From Stegostoma tigrinum (lineage: Eukaryota), in assembly GCF_030684315.1 (NCBI RefSeq), contig NC_081384.1, positions 31,458,935-31,522,934 of the forward strand: a stretch of 64,000 nt of DNA, read 5' to 3'. Positions 37,661 to 51,135 of the stretch are shown here, piece by piece (positions within the stretch are counted from its first letter, which is position 1; each line of letters begins with the position of its first letter). Under the pieces are notes generated by a model that searched no databases, had not been told where the DNA came from, and saw only the letters and a program-made list of their open reading frames with translations. Both the position numbers and the translations under genes were made by a program.

Positions 37661-40600
37661 TCAATCAGGACGTCAGTCATCTTCCCTGACCACACAGCAA
37701 GATTCCTTTGCTTGTCTATCCCACCATTCCTTTCACCATCCTTAAAAAATAACTGCTGTGATCTTTTATGTCAACATGTTAAACTTTTCTCATACCTCCC
37801 TTTATGTCCTTTGTCAATTTTTTCTGCACTTCATTCTCTGTGTATTCTGCTTTACTTTCAATTGCAAAGGACATTTTCACAACACTCACCTATCTGTATT
37901 ATTCTTACTTTTACTTACTTTGTCATTTAAGGACTTCTCCATTCCACTAGTCGAATAGTTACCTTCAATCAACTAGTTCAGACATGTTAAGACCTATCTC
38001 TGGTGCAGCTGGGTCTTGTATCCAGATATTCAGGTCCTGAGGGTTGGGCACTACCACTGCATCACAAGAACCCATTCCTAGTGCGACTATGCTTATCTTG
38101 CCTCCAATCTGTTTCCATAACATTGTTCAGTTACTGCTATTTTCATTCCTTAAAATTAAAATAGTCATCATATTATTCTATGTTCATTAGAACCATCTTA
38201 ATTACTTAAATTGACCAATATATTTTACGAATTTTTGGTCTTTCATATTCTTTACTCATTCTTACCACCAGTGTATAAGTTCATCTAAGCCAGAGGCCCA
38301 GGTTCAAAGTCTCCCCTCTATAGCATCTAAATGGAGTATGTAATAGCTCTAGAATGTTGTCTGTATCATTAGTCAAATTGTATGCCATGGAATGGGAAGT
38401 CAATTGCAGATGAAATTAAATACAGAGAAATTACAAGCTTTGGAATCCCCTTTCTAAACCTCTCTCCCCCTCTCTCCACTCTCTCGGTAAAGATATTCCT
38501 CCAAATCTTTATCTTTACCCACCCTTGGCTCCCCAACCTAAAATCTTCTATGTCAAATTGTCATTTATAACTCACCTGTGAAGTGCACTTTCATTGTTTT
38601 CATAAATTCTTAAAAAGTGATATTTTACTGAAAGTTGTTGATGTGAGGTATTTTTGGAAGAAGAATGAAGATTGTGCCCATGTATTCTCGATTACCCAGA
38701 ACCACATCTCTGAAACTGAGGAACATTACATAGGGTTTTCATAATTAAATCAGGTCATTTGCCCAACAAGTCCATACGACTGTTTATGTTCTACAAGATC
38801 TTCTCCACCTACTTTTCATCTAATCCTATTAGAAAACACATTGTTTTCTCGGTGATGTCCAAGGCCCTTTTCTTGGTTTCCTTTCTCTCTTTTCCAGTAG
38901 TATACTCTATGCTGCTCATCTCCCAGTCCTGCTTTAGTCAAGAGGGGAAGGCAGCGGTAATGTTTTGGGCGTGTGGTGATGTTTTAATTCAAAGAAATCT
39001 GGATGGAAAAGTTAGCCTGATGCTGACACGTAGTGACTGTTGATTGCTACTTTCTTTAAAAAAAAACTCAATTCACTAAATTTTTTTTAGGCAGAAGTAT
39101 CTGCCATCGTTTTCCAGTCTGGCCTACATGCTACTCCTAATCCATGGCAATACAGCTGACTCTTAAATGTTCTTTAGGCAATTAGGGATTGCTAATTAAT
39201 TCTGGCAAAGCCAGTGATACGTAAATCTTATGAACAAATAAAGAAAAAGAGAACGGCTACTGCTGCACCCAAAACTGAGCAAAAGTGAATTTGTGCAGAA
39301 CGCTCAATGTCATGTGTTTATCTAGCTTTCTTTTCAATCTTGACTAGTTTTAAAATAGTAACAAAATTCTGCCTCTTAATTTGTCAGCAGATGCAGAAAC
39401 TCTGAACTGTCTATATTTTTTCACGTGGCATGCACATCACTGTGATTCCGAACAGGCAACTATTTTCTGTGTTCTGGAGATACATGCAGGCCATACAAGG
39501 TGAAGATGGCAGATTTCCTTCCCCACCTTTCAGACCTTTTTTGCAGGAAAGCTTATTTAGTCTTTGCTGATTTAAACTGACTGTTGAATCTGCATTGTAA
39601 CTAAATTCATTTCAATGATTGACAATGGTTACACTCCATGTGAATCTTCCTCATTGAAACTTTACTGCCTTGTTCTTGTCTCACAGAAGGGGATACAGCT
39701 GTGAATTTGTCTCCATCTAACTGTCATTATTTCGATCTCAGTGGGTTACTGTTTCTCACAAGTAAGCCACTATTTCCTGTTTTGCTCTGAGACAATGCCA
39801 TTGTTGCATTAATTTTAATATAGTTTGTTGTTCTTTGCCCTTTGTCTTTTCAACTTCTGGTTACAGAAACATATATTGCATGAAATTCTCTTAAATTGTC
39901 TTCTATTTTCGTTAACTTCATTATCATAACACCAATGTTGATTAACAGAAGAAACATCCTATGTGTGCTGGAAAATGGAATAGAAACTGAAAATGCTGCA
40001 AATTATTCCACAGGCCTAGCAGCATCACATTGTGGAGACAGAAAGTCATATTTTATTCATAACATTAACTTTGTCTCTTTCCTCACAGTCTCAGCCATGC
40101 CTGCTTTGCTTTCATAGCTGTTTATGTTTTCATTACAATATTGACCAATAATGACTAGTTTGTAGAATGCAAAAATGCATAAAATGTAGAATGCATAAAA
40201 GCTCATTCATCCACCATTACTATTATTGTTTTCTATGTAATTACTATAATAACTGGCATTAAGTCCCTGCCGCCTCAAATATAAAATCTTTACAAGGCAT
40301 GGTTGTATGTACATATACACATGTTTGGCAACATTGCTCAGGATCTCTCTTTCATGGCATGGGTCTTGCCTAACTGGTTTTGGTGTGTGAGACTATGGTC
40401 ATGTTCTTCAGGTCTTCCATTATCAGCAAACTCTTCAGGAAGTAATAGGGGTGAAATCAGGTTGTTTCCAAAGTAGATGTCAATATTTAGTGATGCAGGT
40501 AGCATTTTGAACTCGGTGAATGTGTCACTGTTTGCAGTACGTACCCAGTGCTGATCACACTGTTGAGTGGCTGCATTCTTCAGCAGGAGCTTTCAGTTTG

Positions 40601-40779
40601 AACACAGCTCTCCTCTCTTAAAGCTAGCCTGCAATTTTATGATGGCTGGGGTAGATACTGGAAATACCTATGAACAAGATTTTGAGCAAAAAGGCAAAAT
40701 TACTACACATTAGAGTAGAAAACATGACTCAATTTCTTCTGATGCTGCACCAAAACATCATTTCAGCAACCCAGTGGCC

Positions 40780-41130
40780 AACTCTAACACATTTCACATG
40801 ACATTCCCTGCATCCATGCTGTCCATTCATGTGTGGATTGCAGATCCGAGGCTTGAGCTATTGTCAAAGTATATCCCACATCATCCATTACCCTGGTGCA
40901 CAAATGCAGATGGCACATTTGACCCTGTAGAATGAAGGCATCTTGACTGCTGCAGGATACCACACAGTGACCTACATAATACACAGCATATCACATGAGC
41001 TGGACTTTAAGGAACTGACATTTCTTTTATGTTCCAGTGCATTTAAGAGCTAATATGAGGCACCTGGTAAGTGACATGATCAATGGTATGCTGCAGAAGT
41101 GGAAGACCTGTATTTCCCATGATGCTATGT
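40780..41130 (-). mobile_element. Decayed PIF/Harbinger DDE transposase fragment
   Basis: Frameshifted motifs in the expected order: GLPLLQHTIDHV, WYP/SSQDAFIL, DDVGYTL (compare GFP..GAIDxTH, YPGSxHD, GDxGYPL). Confidence 0.55.
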
Positions 41131-42944
41131 ATTTGTTCTGCTGACTCGTTTTTGGCAAGAGAAAATGACAGCTGTTCAACCATCTCAGAATACACAGCTT
41201 AGTAACTCTTCTTATGCAAAAATGATGGAAAATTAGGAGATATTGCACATGATATTGAATACAGCCTGGTAGGAATTGTGGCAATTGATCCTACCACCAC
41301 AGTCATGGCATTGATGTCATTGCCCTACACTAAGGTTGCAGTTGTAGTAGGTGGCATGTGAGTGTAAGAATCTCCTTAATGAAATGCAGATATCTGACAC
41401 ACCATTCCTTACTGTTTATCTCTCCACCAATGCTACCAAATGTTCTGAGTTTCTCTCACTATTTTTTATTTCATCATTTAGGAGATTTGCTAAGTCTCTA
41501 GACATAGATAAGTGCTCCTGGGAGGTGCTGCTGTAAATAGGATGGATCTCAGATATGCATTTCAGTGTCTGACATTTATTTCTGCCTTCTGATATTCAGA
41601 AGCTTCTTAATGCAGCTCATGTGAAAGCAATAAAGCTTCTTGGCATGATGGTAATACAGTATGCAAGCCTGCTTTTATAAACCAGAGTTAGAAGGACTTT
41701 GAATCTTTACAACCTAAGACCCCAAATGCTCCTTCGAGATGAAGCATTGATTTCGCTAGTAATTCTTTTTATTTAATATACTGCAGTTAATGCAATCAAT
41801 TCAGTCTGATCCATAAAGCAGAGAACAAACGTAGATTGGATGATCTCTTTGTTCAACATCAAGATAGGTTTGTAATTATTAAGGGAAACATAAGTCAAGG
41901 GAAAAAGGCAGAAAGGTGGAGTTGAGGATTATTAGATCAACATGATATAATGGAATAGTAGAGCAGACTCAATGGACTGATTTGCCTACTTCTTTATCAT
42001 AATCTTACCATTGCTCCTATCTTTTTATCATAATACAGAAGGCATTTTAATTAATCACTTTGGTCTCACAATGTAAGTTCACTGAATAGCATCTCATTTT
42101 TTAGCAAATGTTTACAGTCTTCTGGCTCAGTAAATTTGATAGCTTCAAGTAAAGAGTATCATTCCTGATTTTATTTTATCATTGCTGTTCTGATTTCCTA
42201 TCTCCCACCCATGTTTTTTCCTTTCAGATCTTCCATTTTAGACTGCTTCCCATTTTCCTTCCACTTTTCAATGATATAAAACCCATTACATTTCTCCTTG
42301 CTTCACTTTTGCAGAATCCTATTTGACTGAAAATATTAATTCTGTTTCTCTCTCCACATTTGGTTCCTGGCCTGCTGAATGTTTCCAATGGCTCTGTTTG
42401 AATAATGGGCAAGGCCTTTGTTCCATGAGCATTCACTTGGTAGACAGCCTTGCTCACTTATACTCCAACACTGATGTTCAAAGTCTGCTAAAGGCTATAT
42501 ATGCTTTGTAAATTTTCACATGCATCATAGAAAGTTTGAGAGAATGTGTTGCTGAGATAAACGTACTAAGGTAATGGAATATTAGAGCATTAGGACTCTA
42601 AATCTCTGCCATTTGACATTTGTGTCAATCTGTAGCAAGATGGATAAAAACATTGCAACAGAATGACTTTGTAATTATTTAATTTAATTAATTTTAGCAT
42701 TTACTGCTTGCCATTGGTCCCTCCTGATCAAGAACATTTTTTGTTAGACACTTTACACTGACTTGGAGCCTAAGTACAAGACTCAGTAACAGTTATCTTT
42801 TCTGATTTTCTTTATAGTTTACAGTCCTTGGGTGAAATTGTTATTTTAATTGCTTGAGCTTCTGAGTTTTGTTTAGAATACTCTTAATACTTGTGTCCAT
42901 TTAATTTTGCAAATGATTAAATCATTTTGCCTAATGCAAAATTC

Positions 42945-43210
42945 AGAATCTCTACAGAGCCAAAGCCGGGCCTTTGGGGCAACAAGTCTACATTAACCCT
43001 CGGAGTACCCCACCCTCTAACCCACATTTCCCTGAGCACCTTGGGCAATTTAGCATGGCCAATCCACCTAGCCTGCACATCTTTGGACTGTGGGAGGAAA
43101 CTCACACAGACATGGAGAGAATGCACCAAGTCCACACAGACAGTTGCCCAAAGCCAGGTCCCTGGCACTGTGAGGCAGCAGTGCTAACCACTGAGCCACC
43201 ATGCCATCCC
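42945..43210 (-). mobile_element. tRNA-derived SINE (HE1/V-SINE-like)
   Basis: GGTGGCTCAGTGGTTAGCAC A-box head and GGTGGATTGGCCATGCTAAATTG core shared with 56091-56401. Confidence 0.8.
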
Positions 43211-44192
43211 TTAATATTTTCAACTATTGTGATGGGAGTTGAACTTATTGCTCTCCCCATCCCAACCTATTTTTCTAATCAACTTGTTCAGGGATATGTT
43301 TACTCACAATTGGTTGGAGGCAGCACTTGAACCCAGGCCTCTCAGTCCAGGGGTAGGAACACTACCTCTGTACCACAACAGCCACTAAATCAATGTGCTC
43401 TATAAAACTGACAATATAATTCTCAGCTTGGAACAATATAAGATAGCAGGGAGTGGCCAACTGATGTTCAATTTTGTTCACAATTATTTTATTTTAAAAT
43501 TTGTACAAGGGCGATTCAATCAAGAAAGCTGATAAATAAATATAATGGGTGATAAGAGAATGATTTAAACAAGAAAGAAGTTTCTTCCCCCCAATAAAGG
43601 TGTGTAACTACCACATGAGTATCTGCAATTTGATAAACTTCACATAGTGGAATACAGAGACCAGCATGCTCTGAGACAAACACTCTACAAAGTGACAGGG
43701 CTCAGTGATTGCGTCACAAGGCCAGAGAAAGCGAATAGATCACTTGGAAATTGTTAAATAAACAGACAAGGCAATTATAACTTCAAGATCATGTAAATAC
43801 TAACACATACATATGCAAACGACATAAACATAAAGCTTGGAATTGAAACAACTTCATAAATATTGTACAATATATTTATTGTGAAGCTGCATTTGAGGTC
43901 TGACGCCGATAAATATTATATTACAATAAAACTGGTTAAATATAAACATTGCAGAGACTCTGGTATGCAAATATTTTTCAACTTGAAATATGTTCAGTAT
44001 ATCCAGATATAAATATGAGTGTATAAGTTAAATTTAAATTATAATCTCTGGTAAAAAGAAAGCAAGTTATTATACTGTTAAGCAAGCTTGTCCTCTTGAC
44101 TGAACAATGAAACAATTTTCCACCACACTTCAACAATATCTTGAAAAAGAATTGATCCTAGTCTTCATTAGCTTTATCCATCTTTCGTTGCT

Positions 44193-47100
44193 TCAGCTTA
44201 GTTGTCCCGTTATGAACTGCAGCTGTTGTAAACGGGCTCTGGTCTCAGCGCGGATTATTTCCCAGGAGCAGTCACTGAATCTCTGAAAAGTGAAAACATT
44301 GAGAAAAAGCCATCAGTAAATGAATAGGTTTAAACGGGTTGACATGAACTGAATGTCAGTCATCTATTGTCTCACCCTCTGTTTGAGAAACTTGTTCAGT
44401 TTCCTGAAGTATTTGAGAATGATGGAGTTTCTCTTCTGCCTGGAGCCTGCTCCTGGTTTCCTCACACACGTTTCCAACTCCTGGAGCTGTCGATCCAGGA
44501 GAAGGCGGAAGTTTTCAACCTGCTCCCGGGCCCAGGTGACTGATCCCAGGTTCTTGCTGTAGATCTTGCTGATGTGACGCAAGGCTTGGTGGACAATCTG
44601 GATCCTTTCCTGAGCCTGAGAAAATAACACGGAAGAGTATTAGGAAAGATCTATTCCTGTTTGACTTGGTGGAGATGGGGCATGCCTGAGAGACCACTAT
44701 AACAATTCAGTTCATCACTATCTTAACATCTGAACTCGCGTATCAGAATACATAATCAGAATTTGAAATGCGTCCTTATTTTTGTTTCAGCTTCTATAAT
44801 AATTGATTCCATTTCCTTCTCAGGTTCTCCATAAAAAATAAGTTCTCCTATGAGAACTAAAGTTAATACTTTAAACCCCTAACAAAAGCCACAACAGATT
44901 CCGTTGACAATGCCCTGAGCAGGTTTTGATGTAAAATAGTTCAGCTTTTTTTTAGAATTTTAGAATATTAACAAAATTTTCGGACACAGCATTGGTTCAG
45001 GCCAGTCCGGTTTCTAACATACTGTTGTAGGCTAGTTGAAATTTTTGCAGAAGCAAATTATTGCAGATGCTGGAATCTGCCCTGCAAACAAAAACAAAAT
45101 GCTGGAAATCTGATGAAGGGCCATCTAGACACGAAACGTTAGCTCTCTCTGCGGATGCTCTGTGATTACCAGCTTTTATCTTGGTTGTTTTTAGTTGAAA
45201 GCTTTAACTGGGTAAACGATATCGTGAAAATAGAGGAAAAAGATGTTCATTCATTCTACAGAATATCTGTCCATTACAACATTGAAAATCCAGCAGCAAA
45301 TTCTCATTCATGGCATTAACAAAATAACACGTTCTCTTAAAATAATTTACTTTTGTTTTATTTTGGGATATGTTTCTCGGACAAGCCGAGCGGAACGATT
45401 TGCGGGTTGACAAGGCGCACACTCACCCGTAACCCCTTGACCAGCTCGGTCACGTTCGGGAATTTGACAAGCAGTGATCTTCCTCTTGCGCACTCCAATG
45501 CCAAGGATCCTCCCTATAAGAGTACACCGCAGTCAGAATCTGCCTCAAACTCAGTACCGGTAGTTCTAAATTGCTCTTCTTAAAACCACTGTAGACGTTC
45601 TTTGTCACTGCTTGATTGTTCTTCTCACCTAATTAAGTGGCCGTCCAATTTCCCTAAATCGGTGAGACCAAACTTAGACTACGTGACCGGTTTGCGAGGA
45701 TATTGGCCTGGCCAGTAACGCGAACCTAACCTCTGGGACAGCCCATTTCAACTCCACCACCTCGTACATGTCCACCTTAGACCTCGCCCAGTGTCAGCCA
45801 GTGGAAGGCAAATTTGAGGAACACCTCGTCTTCCGCCTGGGCACCCCATAGCTGGAGGACTCAACACTGAGTCCTCCAATTTCAAATAACCTTCCCACCC
45901 ATAGCTGCAAGTGTCCTCCGACACTTCCGCCCAACGCATTATCCTCCGACACTTCCGCCCAACGCATTATCCTCCGACACTTCCGCCATTTACAATCCGA
46001 CCCCACCACCCAAGACATTTTTCCATCCCCTCCCCTGTCAGCTTTCCGGAGAGACCACTCTCTCCGTGACTCCCTTGTTCGCTCCACACTGCCCTCCAAC
46101 CCCACCACACCCGGCACCTTCCCCTGCAACCGCAGGAAATGCTACACTTGCCCCCACACCTCCTCGCTCACCCCTATCCCAGGCCCCAAGATGACATTCC
46201 ACATTAAGCAGAGGTTCACCTGCACATCTGCCAATGTGGTATACTGCATCCACTGTACCCGGTGCGGCTTCCTCTACATTGGGGAAACCAAGCGGAGGCT
46301 TGGGGACCGCTTTGCAGAACACCTCCGCTCAGTTCACAACAAATAACTGCACCTCCCAGTCGCAAACCATTTCCACTCCCCCTCCCATTCTCTAGATGAC
46401 ATGTCCATCATGGGCCTCCTGCACTGCCACAATGATGCCACCCGAAGGTTGCAGGAACAGCAACTCATATTCCGCCTGGGAACCCTGCAGCCATATGGTA
46501 TCAATGTGGACTTCACCAGTTTCAAAATCTCCCCTTCCCCTACTGCATCCCTAAACCAGCCCAGTTCGTCCCCTCCCCCCACTGCACCACACAACCAGCC
46601 CAGCTCTTCCCCCCCCCCACCCACTGCATCCCAAAACCAGTCCAACCTGTCTCTGCCTCCCTAACCGGTTCTTCCTCTCACCCATCCCTTCCTCCCACCC
46701 CAAGCCGCACCCCCAGCTACCTACTAACCTCATCCCACCTCCTTGACCTGCCCGTCTTCCCTGGACTGACCTATCCCCTCCCTACCTCCCCACCTACACT
46801 CTCTCCACCTATCTTCTTTACTCTCCATCTTCGGTCCGCGTCCCCCTCTCTCCCTATTTATTCCAGTTCCCTCTCCCCATCCCCCTCTCTGATGAAGGGT
46901 CTAGGCCCGAAACGTCAGCTTTTGTGCCCCTGAGATGCTGCTTGGCCTGCTGTGTTCATCCAGCCTCACATTGTATTATCTTCCCACCCATAGCGTAGTT
47001 TTCAGCCACCAACCGGATTCATCGCTCCCATCTATCAACCATGTGGTACCTACTCCCAGGATCCATCTATCACTACCATCCACCTTTCACAACTCCGGTA

Positions 47101-47800
47101 CTCCCTCGACCCCCTTGATCTGCAGTCACCCTATCCCCACTCCCAGTCCTGTAGAAGGGTACTACCAGAAACCTTGACTGCTCCTTTCCTCCAAGAGCTG
47201 CCTGGTTTGCTGCGTTCTTCCAGCCTCCTATCTGACGACCGTCCAATTATATCGGTCACGTTTGTACAAATGTCTATAAAGACGGGGCTAGACTCGAAAC
47301 GTCAGCTTTCCTGCTCCTCTGATGCTGCTTGGCCTGCTGTGTTCATCCAGCTCTACACCTTGTTATCTCTAACCAATTCGAGTTACTTTAATATTTCGGG
47401 CTGTATTCATACAAATGGAAAACAGGAACAGGATAGACCATTCGGCCCATCGAGCCTATTCCAGCATGGCTCATCATTCAACTCATTAGCTTGTTCCTGT
47501 TTTCCCCTCAATATCCTTTGATCCCTTTCGCACCACGTGCTAGATCCAACCCTTCCTTGAAAATCATACTGTGCGTTATGCATGCAAACGAACCGGACCC
47601 AAAACAATTCACACCCCGTGAGTGAATTGCATCGCACCACGCCCAAGGTAACACCAGTGTAAACTCACCATTGCGTTCAAGATCGTTAGAGCATCCTTGT
47701 TCAACCTTTTCTGTAACTGCAGCCCCTGGCAGTCCAAGCTCAGGATCCGGGGCAGCAAAACAAACAAGACGCACAGTCCCGAGACACCAGAAAAACCCAT
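44193..47800 (-). CDS. IFN1: Type I interferon, gene 5 (4 exons, 182 aa)
   Basis: Exons 47800-47669 (MGFSGVSGLCVLFVLLPRILSLDCQGLQLQ...), 45513-45427 (GGSLALECARGRSLLVKFPNVTELVKGLR), 44615-44376, 44282-44193 (RFSDCSWEIIRAETRARLQQLQFITGQLS*); GT-AG, phase 0. Confidence 0.9.
45906..46979 (+). mobile_element. 5'-truncated Penelope-like element with GIY-YIG endonuclease, in intron 1 of gene 5
   Basis: NVVYCIHCTRCGFLYIGETKRRLGDRFAEH...RRLQEQQLIFRLGTLQPYGINVDF with one in-frame TAA at about 46344; hammerhead core 46889-46916; 15-bp TSD CTTCCCACCCATAGC (45891-45905, 46980-46994). Confidence 0.9.
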
Positions 47801-47939
47801 ATTCAAACAATACAAAACAGTGATCTGAGACTGCAGAGGGGTACTGGATTGGACTTCAGCTCCGAAAAGGGTACCAACTGGAGCTGAACTCCTTCCCTGG
47901 TGAGTGGTAAGGAATTTTCCTTCTGGTTGAAATGTGCCC

Positions 47940-48091
47940 ATTTTAAAGGTGTATACCAGGATGTTCCTTTGACGTTATAAAAACGAATCAATTTTGCTCC
48001 TTACCGCAGTGTATCAGGGAATCTTCCAACTACCGCCCCTCCCAATCCAATCTCACAACGCGACTTCTTCATTTGAAGCTTTTCGCTTTCT
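47940..48091 (-). promoter_or_regulatory. IFN gene 5 promoter
   Basis: TTTAAAA about 47941-47947, CRE/ATF-like TGACGTTA 47970-47977, GGGAATCTTCC 48017-48027, IRF-like GAAAAGCGAAAAGC (minus) 48078-48091; conserved with gene 6. Confidence 0.6.
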
Positions 48092-50943
48092 GCTTAATTA
48101 AAATTTTTGATAAATTAAGATACAAAACAAAAAAAAATCGATTTACGAGCCGGGGTGACGTTTCTCTAAATTTTACATTCTGACCGTTTGCTTGAGCGAC
48201 ATTAAAAATGCAACTCCTAAAAATGTTGTTAATATTCTAAAGTTCTGAAAAAGAGGAACTATTTTATATTAGAAGCTCCTCCGGTCACTGTCAACGTAAA
48301 TTGCTGGGGTTTGGATAAGAGTTTTAAAATGTTATGTTCGCTTCTCACAGGGAAGCTTACGGTTTTTTTGTGGAGAACCTGAGAAGGAAATGGAATCAGT
48401 TGTTGTAGAAGCTGCAAGAAAAATCCGAGGAGATTATGAAATTTAGAAAACAAAACCGTCAGTTTCCACTCTGTGGTACCTTTACAGGCAAACTGTGGGA
48501 TTTCAATTCACTGAACAACTCGATAGCCTGGTAGAATTTGATTTCATTGTTAACTACAAACTGTGCTTGCGAACTAGGAATTGTCAGATTGGGTTGTTTT
48601 TCTTTCTAACCATTTTTCTGCCCCCTTTCTTAATCTTCAACAGCCGAACACATTCCTACAGCCTCTTGATATCACAACCACCTGTGTATGTAAAAACTGA
48701 AAGAACTGCTGATGTTGTAAAAAAGTTTTAAGGGTGACTCGTTAACTTTGATCTCGCTCCACAGACGTTGCCAGACCTGCTGAGCTTTTCCAGCAATTTC
48801 TGCTTTTGTCATCTGTTTACGTGTCTGTCTGCTCAATAAGCAGGAGACCATTGGTCTTGAATTAACCCCAACGACACACAAACATCGACTGTAAACATTA
48901 TCAACGCATAATGACCCAAAAAGAACAGTAGATAGGATTGATTAATTTTTCCGCTACCTCAAGGGTGTTGCAACCAATCATCTATGCTACAACTGGAGTT
49001 AAGAGAAATGATTTTAACTCTGATTGAGATAAATCAATCACAGAACCCTCTCTGGCATGAGCGGATTTGCTCCTGAGCATCTTGACCAGTGGAGGAATTA
49101 GATGAGATTGTTTTCCTGAAAGGCAAGTTTCTTGGGAGAGCTTTGATACAAGGTGTTATTTTCTAAATCTACGATAATTACATAAGTATCTGATAAATGC
49201 ATCTGCCTTTGTGAATCAATGTAATTGTTCTCATGTCACTTTGACACGGTATTCTTGGCCTTTATCTCTTAAAGCTCCCTGTTGTCTTCTGCCACCATTC
49301 CAATTCGATAGATGTTGTCTTTTACAATACCTCCAACATTCCATCTTTCTGTTCCCACAGCCAAATGTCGAAAATAAATGTCACCTCCACACTAGCAGCT
49401 GCTCAGATGCTGAGAGATTAAACTCAAGCTGGCTTGTAAGCATTCTGTTAGAAAACGTGATGAAATTTAATTTCTCTGGAAATGTGAAATGTTGTACCTA
49501 CGGTTGAAGGGAGGCGACCTTAGGCTCGTCTTTTTTTTTCAGATCAACGCTTCCAAACGTGTGATGTTACCATTCATCAGCAGATAGGACTTGACCTTCT
49601 GGATCAGAGATAGGGACACTACAATAGCCCTACGGTTCATGTTTTATAATTTGCCAATAATGACTTTTATGTAAGAAACAGGAGACCATTTTCCACATGT
49701 CAGGTTTCTTGGAACGGCCAATTAATATGTCAGGTTGGGAATTTGAGGGGGCAGCGAATCTTGGGAAATACTTCCTGGCCACAGCATAATTACAGTTGTA
49801 GGATCTTGTGGTAGTAGCCTTACCTCTGAACCTGAGGGCTTGGTATTGATCCAACTCACTTGAAAAGTGACCCTTTGCAATTCTGAACAAGTTGCTTAAA
49901 AACAACTACAGCTTTCAGTGAGTGCTTGCGTTTGAAAGGTGACGTGCAAAAAGTGTGTCATGTTTGAGCAGGATATCGCAACGAAATATATAAAGTACTG
50001 AGGTGAAAAAACTTCCCTTTAGTTTAGCTGAACAGAAATAAGCGAAGAGCTCATACAACTCCTAAGATGCTGCTTGGCCTGCTGTGTTCATCCAGCTTCA
50101 CACTTTGTTATCTATACAACTGCAACTGATTATACCTTTTTCGAAAATACAATCTTCGGTTAGATTAGATTCCCTACAGTGTGGAAAGTTACTTTATATT
50201 TTTTTAAAAAGTGTAAGGTCATTGCAAAAACAGTTGAATTTAGAGATCAGTGGTATGAAATCATGAGTGCCCTCTCTCTTCGAAGGGAAATTTGATTGCT
50301 TGAGAAGTGTAGGGATTCTGGTTTGCGATCAGTAATCTGCTGATTTTTCGGTGGTTATAATCACCTTCAGATCCCTAGTTCTGACATTGGACTTAATTTA
50401 GGAACGTGAAGTGAGATGGCAGCAGACAGGCGTTTCAGGGCAAAGGATCTCTGTGTTTATTAAATGTAAAGATGAAAATATCACAAGAAATAAAAAAAAG
50501 TCAGAGGCAATAAACAGGGAAATAAAACAAAGGTGAATAAAAATATAAATGTTAAAAAGTGACAAATTCAAAACATTGAAACTGACATTATCAGTTATTA
50601 ACTTAACACAGGCTAATTACTATTAGAAACTAAACAGTAGTTTCAAACACAAACATTTAGTCAGACTTCCCGACCTCGGGGTTCCCTGCACTGTCACCAA
50701 CCCACGTTGTCCTCCCTGTTACCCAGGTTGGATACTTTGGGTCTGATTGAAACAATGCCGATGGTTTTATTCTATACTGTACTCGAGTTATGTAGCCAAA
50801 TGAGCTAACCAACCCCTTTTAAAAGCAAATGCAGCGAGAGCAATTTTTAAAGAAGTGCAGAATTTGTTCATCCACGAATGAACACTTGAGAATTTTTATT
50901 GGATCCTGATTGATAATGATGATCCTGCCTGCCTTTCTTCAGG

Positions 50944-51135
50944 ATGGCTCTGACAAGAAGTTGATCAGCTTGCTGGAATTAGCCCCAGGGATACACAAGC
51001 ACCGACTGTAAACCTATGATCGGATAATGACCAAAAATAAAGCATGTGAGCTCTCATCTGAAGGCTGGGCTGTGAGAGACTATAATTACAGCAAGTTGAC
51101 AAACACAAAGACTCTAAGCTCTCAGAACGAAATAA
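50944..51135 (+). pseudogene. Decayed IFN exon 1 relic
   Basis: ATGGCTCTGACAAGAAGTTG resembles the exon 1 start; CTGGGCTGTGAGAGACTATAATTACAGCAAGTT...AGACTCTAAGC resembles its 3' half. The halves are separated by about 100 bp of other sequence; there is an in-frame TAA and the donor is lost. Confidence 0.7.

Noticed and set aside
42224-42457. 77-aa ORF as an exon of a neighbouring gene
   Set aside because: No recognisable motif or convincing splice boundaries.
45914-45987. CRISPR-like 28-bp repeat
   Set aside because: No spacers, eukaryotic context; it is a tandem stutter at a retroelement junction.
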